A DNA stretch of 64,000 bases from Limnochordia bacterium (GTDB lineage: Bacteria > Bacillota > Limnochordia > DTU080): the NCBI GenBank assembly GCA_050951545.1, contig JBMNJG010000009.1, forward strand, positions 1-64,000, in the 5' to 3' direction. Shown here one piece after another: positions 61,745-64,000 of the stretch. How positions within the stretch are numbered: position 1 is the stretch's first letter; the number at the start of each line of letters is the position of its first letter. The notes beneath the pieces are model-generated. The model was not told the origin of the DNA. It saw only the letters and a list, made by a program, of their open reading frames with translations, and ran no database searches. The position numbers and the translations under genes are program-made.

Positions 61745-64000
61745 TCATAACGCGTTGGCCGCGGTGTTGGTGACCCGTACCTCCAGCACGTTGCCCCCCG
61801 GTACCCAAGCATCCTTCCCAGTAACGATGCGATAGGGTGCCCAGAGCGCCCAGCCAATCTCTTTCCCGTTCACAAGAACGGTGGCGGCTTCACCCACCTG
61901 ACCGAGGTCGAGCTCAATGCTTGTAGCATTGCCAAGTGCGGGAGGAGGGAGCGATACCGTGGTCTGGTAGACGAGGGTACCACTGAAGCGTTCAAGCTGC
62001 CGCTTAGTGGTCCAGTTGCCCATGGCCGGGGCATCGACTGGGTTGCCGTCCTGATCGGCGACACGCCATGGACCAGTTACCTCAATACTCAGCCAGTCTG
62101 CCGCAGAACCTATCGTCCCTAGCTGATGCTCGCTACTCTTTTGCCCATTGGCCGAAGTATCCACGATAAGCAGTCGGCTCTCGCGCCTTTCCAGAACGAT
62201 TGGCACCTGCAACCCAGGCGAATCACCGCTGGTGAGAACCGCACCGGATCCGAGCACTCCCGCCCTGTCCGCCACCAGTTCACGCGTGAGCCGCAAGGGG
62301 TCCCACCACTGAGCTATTCCCTGAACCCCTACGCACAGCTGCCCCTGCACTGGGGCCTCTCCTTCATTAAAGAAGACGTAGATATCCAGTCCCGCTTTAC
62401 GTAGGTGCATCGTGCGCAGGCCGGGAGCTGCTGGTTCTACAGTAACGTCGGCTGGCAGTATGCGGCGGGCTTCTGCTACAAGGTCAACGCCCTGCTGGTA
62501 CGAGAGGACTGTACCTCCTGCCTCTGTGAACACCCTCAGGTTCGCTCTGCTCTCTGGCGAGAGAATGGGCTCTCCGTCCAGCACGACTAGCTGGTATGCT
62601 TGCGATCCAATGTGGAGTCTGCCATCTACTACGCACGCCCCTTGCAGAGCGTGATCGTCGATGTAAAGGAAATCGATTTGGTTCTCGTATAGATACCTGG
62701 CCGCCTCCCAAGGTAGATCGTAACCGTTACCCAGCACAGCCACATCGCACACATGTTCGCAATCAGTGAGCAGCCACGACATACGGGCCGTGTAGCCCGC
62801 TAGGTGCTGAAAATACGGCCACCACACATTATGCAGTGCGAGATCAGGTTCGCTCTCGTAGGCCCGTCCTTCTCTGACAGAGTAGTACAGAGCACTCGGC
62901 ATGAAGAGGTTGTTTCCGCGAGATAGATGCCAGTCAAGCAACCATTTGACTTCGTCGAGGGAAAGGATCCAGCCATAGGCCCCAAACAACTCGCTACCGA
63001 TGCGCCTGCGTCTATTGGCACGGGCAGCACTGGTTGCAGCCTTAGGAGCCACACTGTCGGGCCCGACCAATCCGCTGTCGTTGCCGGGCAGCACCCAGCG
63101 CCATACCATATCCTGCCCTGGCCATCCGAAGGCGCTCAGTGAGGTCATGTCATTGCTCATGTGCGGATGTCCAGTGAGGGCGATACCGTGTTCTTTGCAC
63201 CACTTGGTTTGGGCACCGTAGAACACTTCCGTCACTCGCTCGTGTACGCCGCGCGCATAGGCTTGTCGAAACCATTCTGTTTGGGGTCCGTAATCTACCC
63301 ACAATGACGGCAACCAGGCCCGAACACTATCGACGTCCTGCTCCAGGTAGTCCGCCAACCATCCTTCGAACCCGCTGGTGTATGGTCTACCGTCACCCCT
63401 GGCACCTCGCCCCATAGGCGTGGGCTCATCAGTGAAGAGCCCCACCACGGTAGTGCCCAGGTGATCTTTGAGGTGTCCTGCATAGGCGTCATGTGTAAGG
63501 CGGATGAACGTGGCTACAGCCTCGGGGTTCATGATATCGCCAGCCGGGGGCGCTGTAGCCGTACCGTCTTCGTGTTCAGGCAAGACGCCGCGGATGTGCC
63601 CCCCACTGGGCACATCGAAGCAGGCCATCACCTGCCAGGTCCCAGCGCCCAAGTCAAGGTGGACCAGATTGCGTTCCATGGTATCCAGTACGCGCAAGCT
63701 CTCAGGCTGCACAACGCCCGCTTCCACTTTGGCTAACACGACACATACCAAACGGTTCAGAAGACCACGTCCAACTGACGGCCGCCAGTACCCGTACCAT
63801 GGACCTGTGATCTCTCGTCGGGTCAGGATAAGAGCTCGGGCTGCATACCCAGGGTCGACAGCCACCACTTGCCCACAGGCCGATCCTGACGGGTAACCCC
63901 CTTCATCGTACAAGATCACCTTCAGTCCGAGGACGGCACACTCGTCTACCACACGTCGCACCAGCTGAAAGTAGCTGTCGGAGAGGTAACTAACCTTCTC
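61745..64000 (-). CDS. GH106-like glycoside hydrolase, 5' end beyond the window; frameshift near the 3' end
   Basis: VILYDEGGYPSGSACG, FTDEP, LTGHP, SELFGAYGW; frame open to the window edge. Confidence 0.85.
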   Translation of the reverse strand, partial: EKVSYLSDSYFQLVRRVVDECAVLGLKVILYDEGGYPSGSACGQVVAVDPGYAARALILTRREITGPWYGYWRPSVGRGLLNRLVCVVLAKVEAGVVQPESLRVLDTMERNLVHLDLGAGTWQVMACFDVPSGGHIRGVLPEHEDGTATAPPAGDIMNPEAVATFIRLTHDAYAGHLKDHLGTTVVGLFTDEPTPMGRGARGDGRPYTSGFEGWLADYLEQDVDSVRAWLPSLWVDYGPQTEWFRQAYARGVHERVTEVFYGAQTKWCKEHGIALTGHPHMSNDMTSLSAFGWPGQDMVWRWVLPGNDSGLVGPDSVAPKAATSAARANRRRRIGSELFGAYGWILSLDEVKWLLDWHLSRGNNLFMPSALYYSVREGRAYESEPDLALHNVWWPYFQHLAGYTARMSWLLTDCEHVCDVAVLGNGYDLPWEAARYLYENQIDFLYIDDHALQGACVVDGRLHIGSQAYQLVVLDGEPILSPESRANLRVFTEAGGTVLSYQQGVDLVAEARRILPADVTVEPAAPGLRTMHLRKAGLDIYVFFNEGEAPVQGQLCVGVQGIAQWWDPLRLTRELVADRAGVLGSGAVLTSGDSPGLQVPIVLERRESRLLIVDTSANGQKSSEHQLGTIGSAADWLSIEVTGPWRVADQDGNPVDAPAMGNWTTKRQLERFSGTLVYQTTVSLPPPALGNATSIELDLGQVGEAATVLVNGKEIGWALWAPYRIVTGKDAWVPGGNVLEVRVTNTAANAL

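Overview
High-GC bacterial chromosomal segment, most consistent with a carbohydrate-degrading, probably diderm Bacillota (Limnochordia-like; this is inference from gene content). Most of the window is sugar-catabolic: Gfo/Idh/MocA oxidoreductases, xylose-isomerase-like TIM barrels, two GH106-like hydrolases, an acetylxylan esterase, a beta-helix protein, four orphan ABC solute-binding proteins, and IclR and ROK regulators. At 13.2-27.0 kb lies a type I-C CRISPR-Cas locus (cas3-cas5-cas8c-cas7-cas4-cas1-cas2, leader, 32 intact repeats plus a trailer block) damaged twice: cas3 is split by an intact ISLre2-family IS with a 9-bp target duplication, and a 5'-truncated DUF4338(DruA-like)/IS4 transposase sits inside a repeat. 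The oldest spacer looks like a complete repeat of a different (I-G-like) CRISPR type. At 53.5-56.9 kb is a mosaic region: a uORF/hairpin attenuator upstream of an ABC-F gene, two copies of a ~150-bp self-complementary element, a family of ~57-bp palindromes, an IS21 relic, and a tandem-wHTH plus Vsr-like nuclease gene directly behind one of the 150-bp copies (candidate undescribed mobile element/ncRNA-nuclease system). No rRNA or tRNA was recognised. All family calls are from motif recognition by eye; no searches were run.
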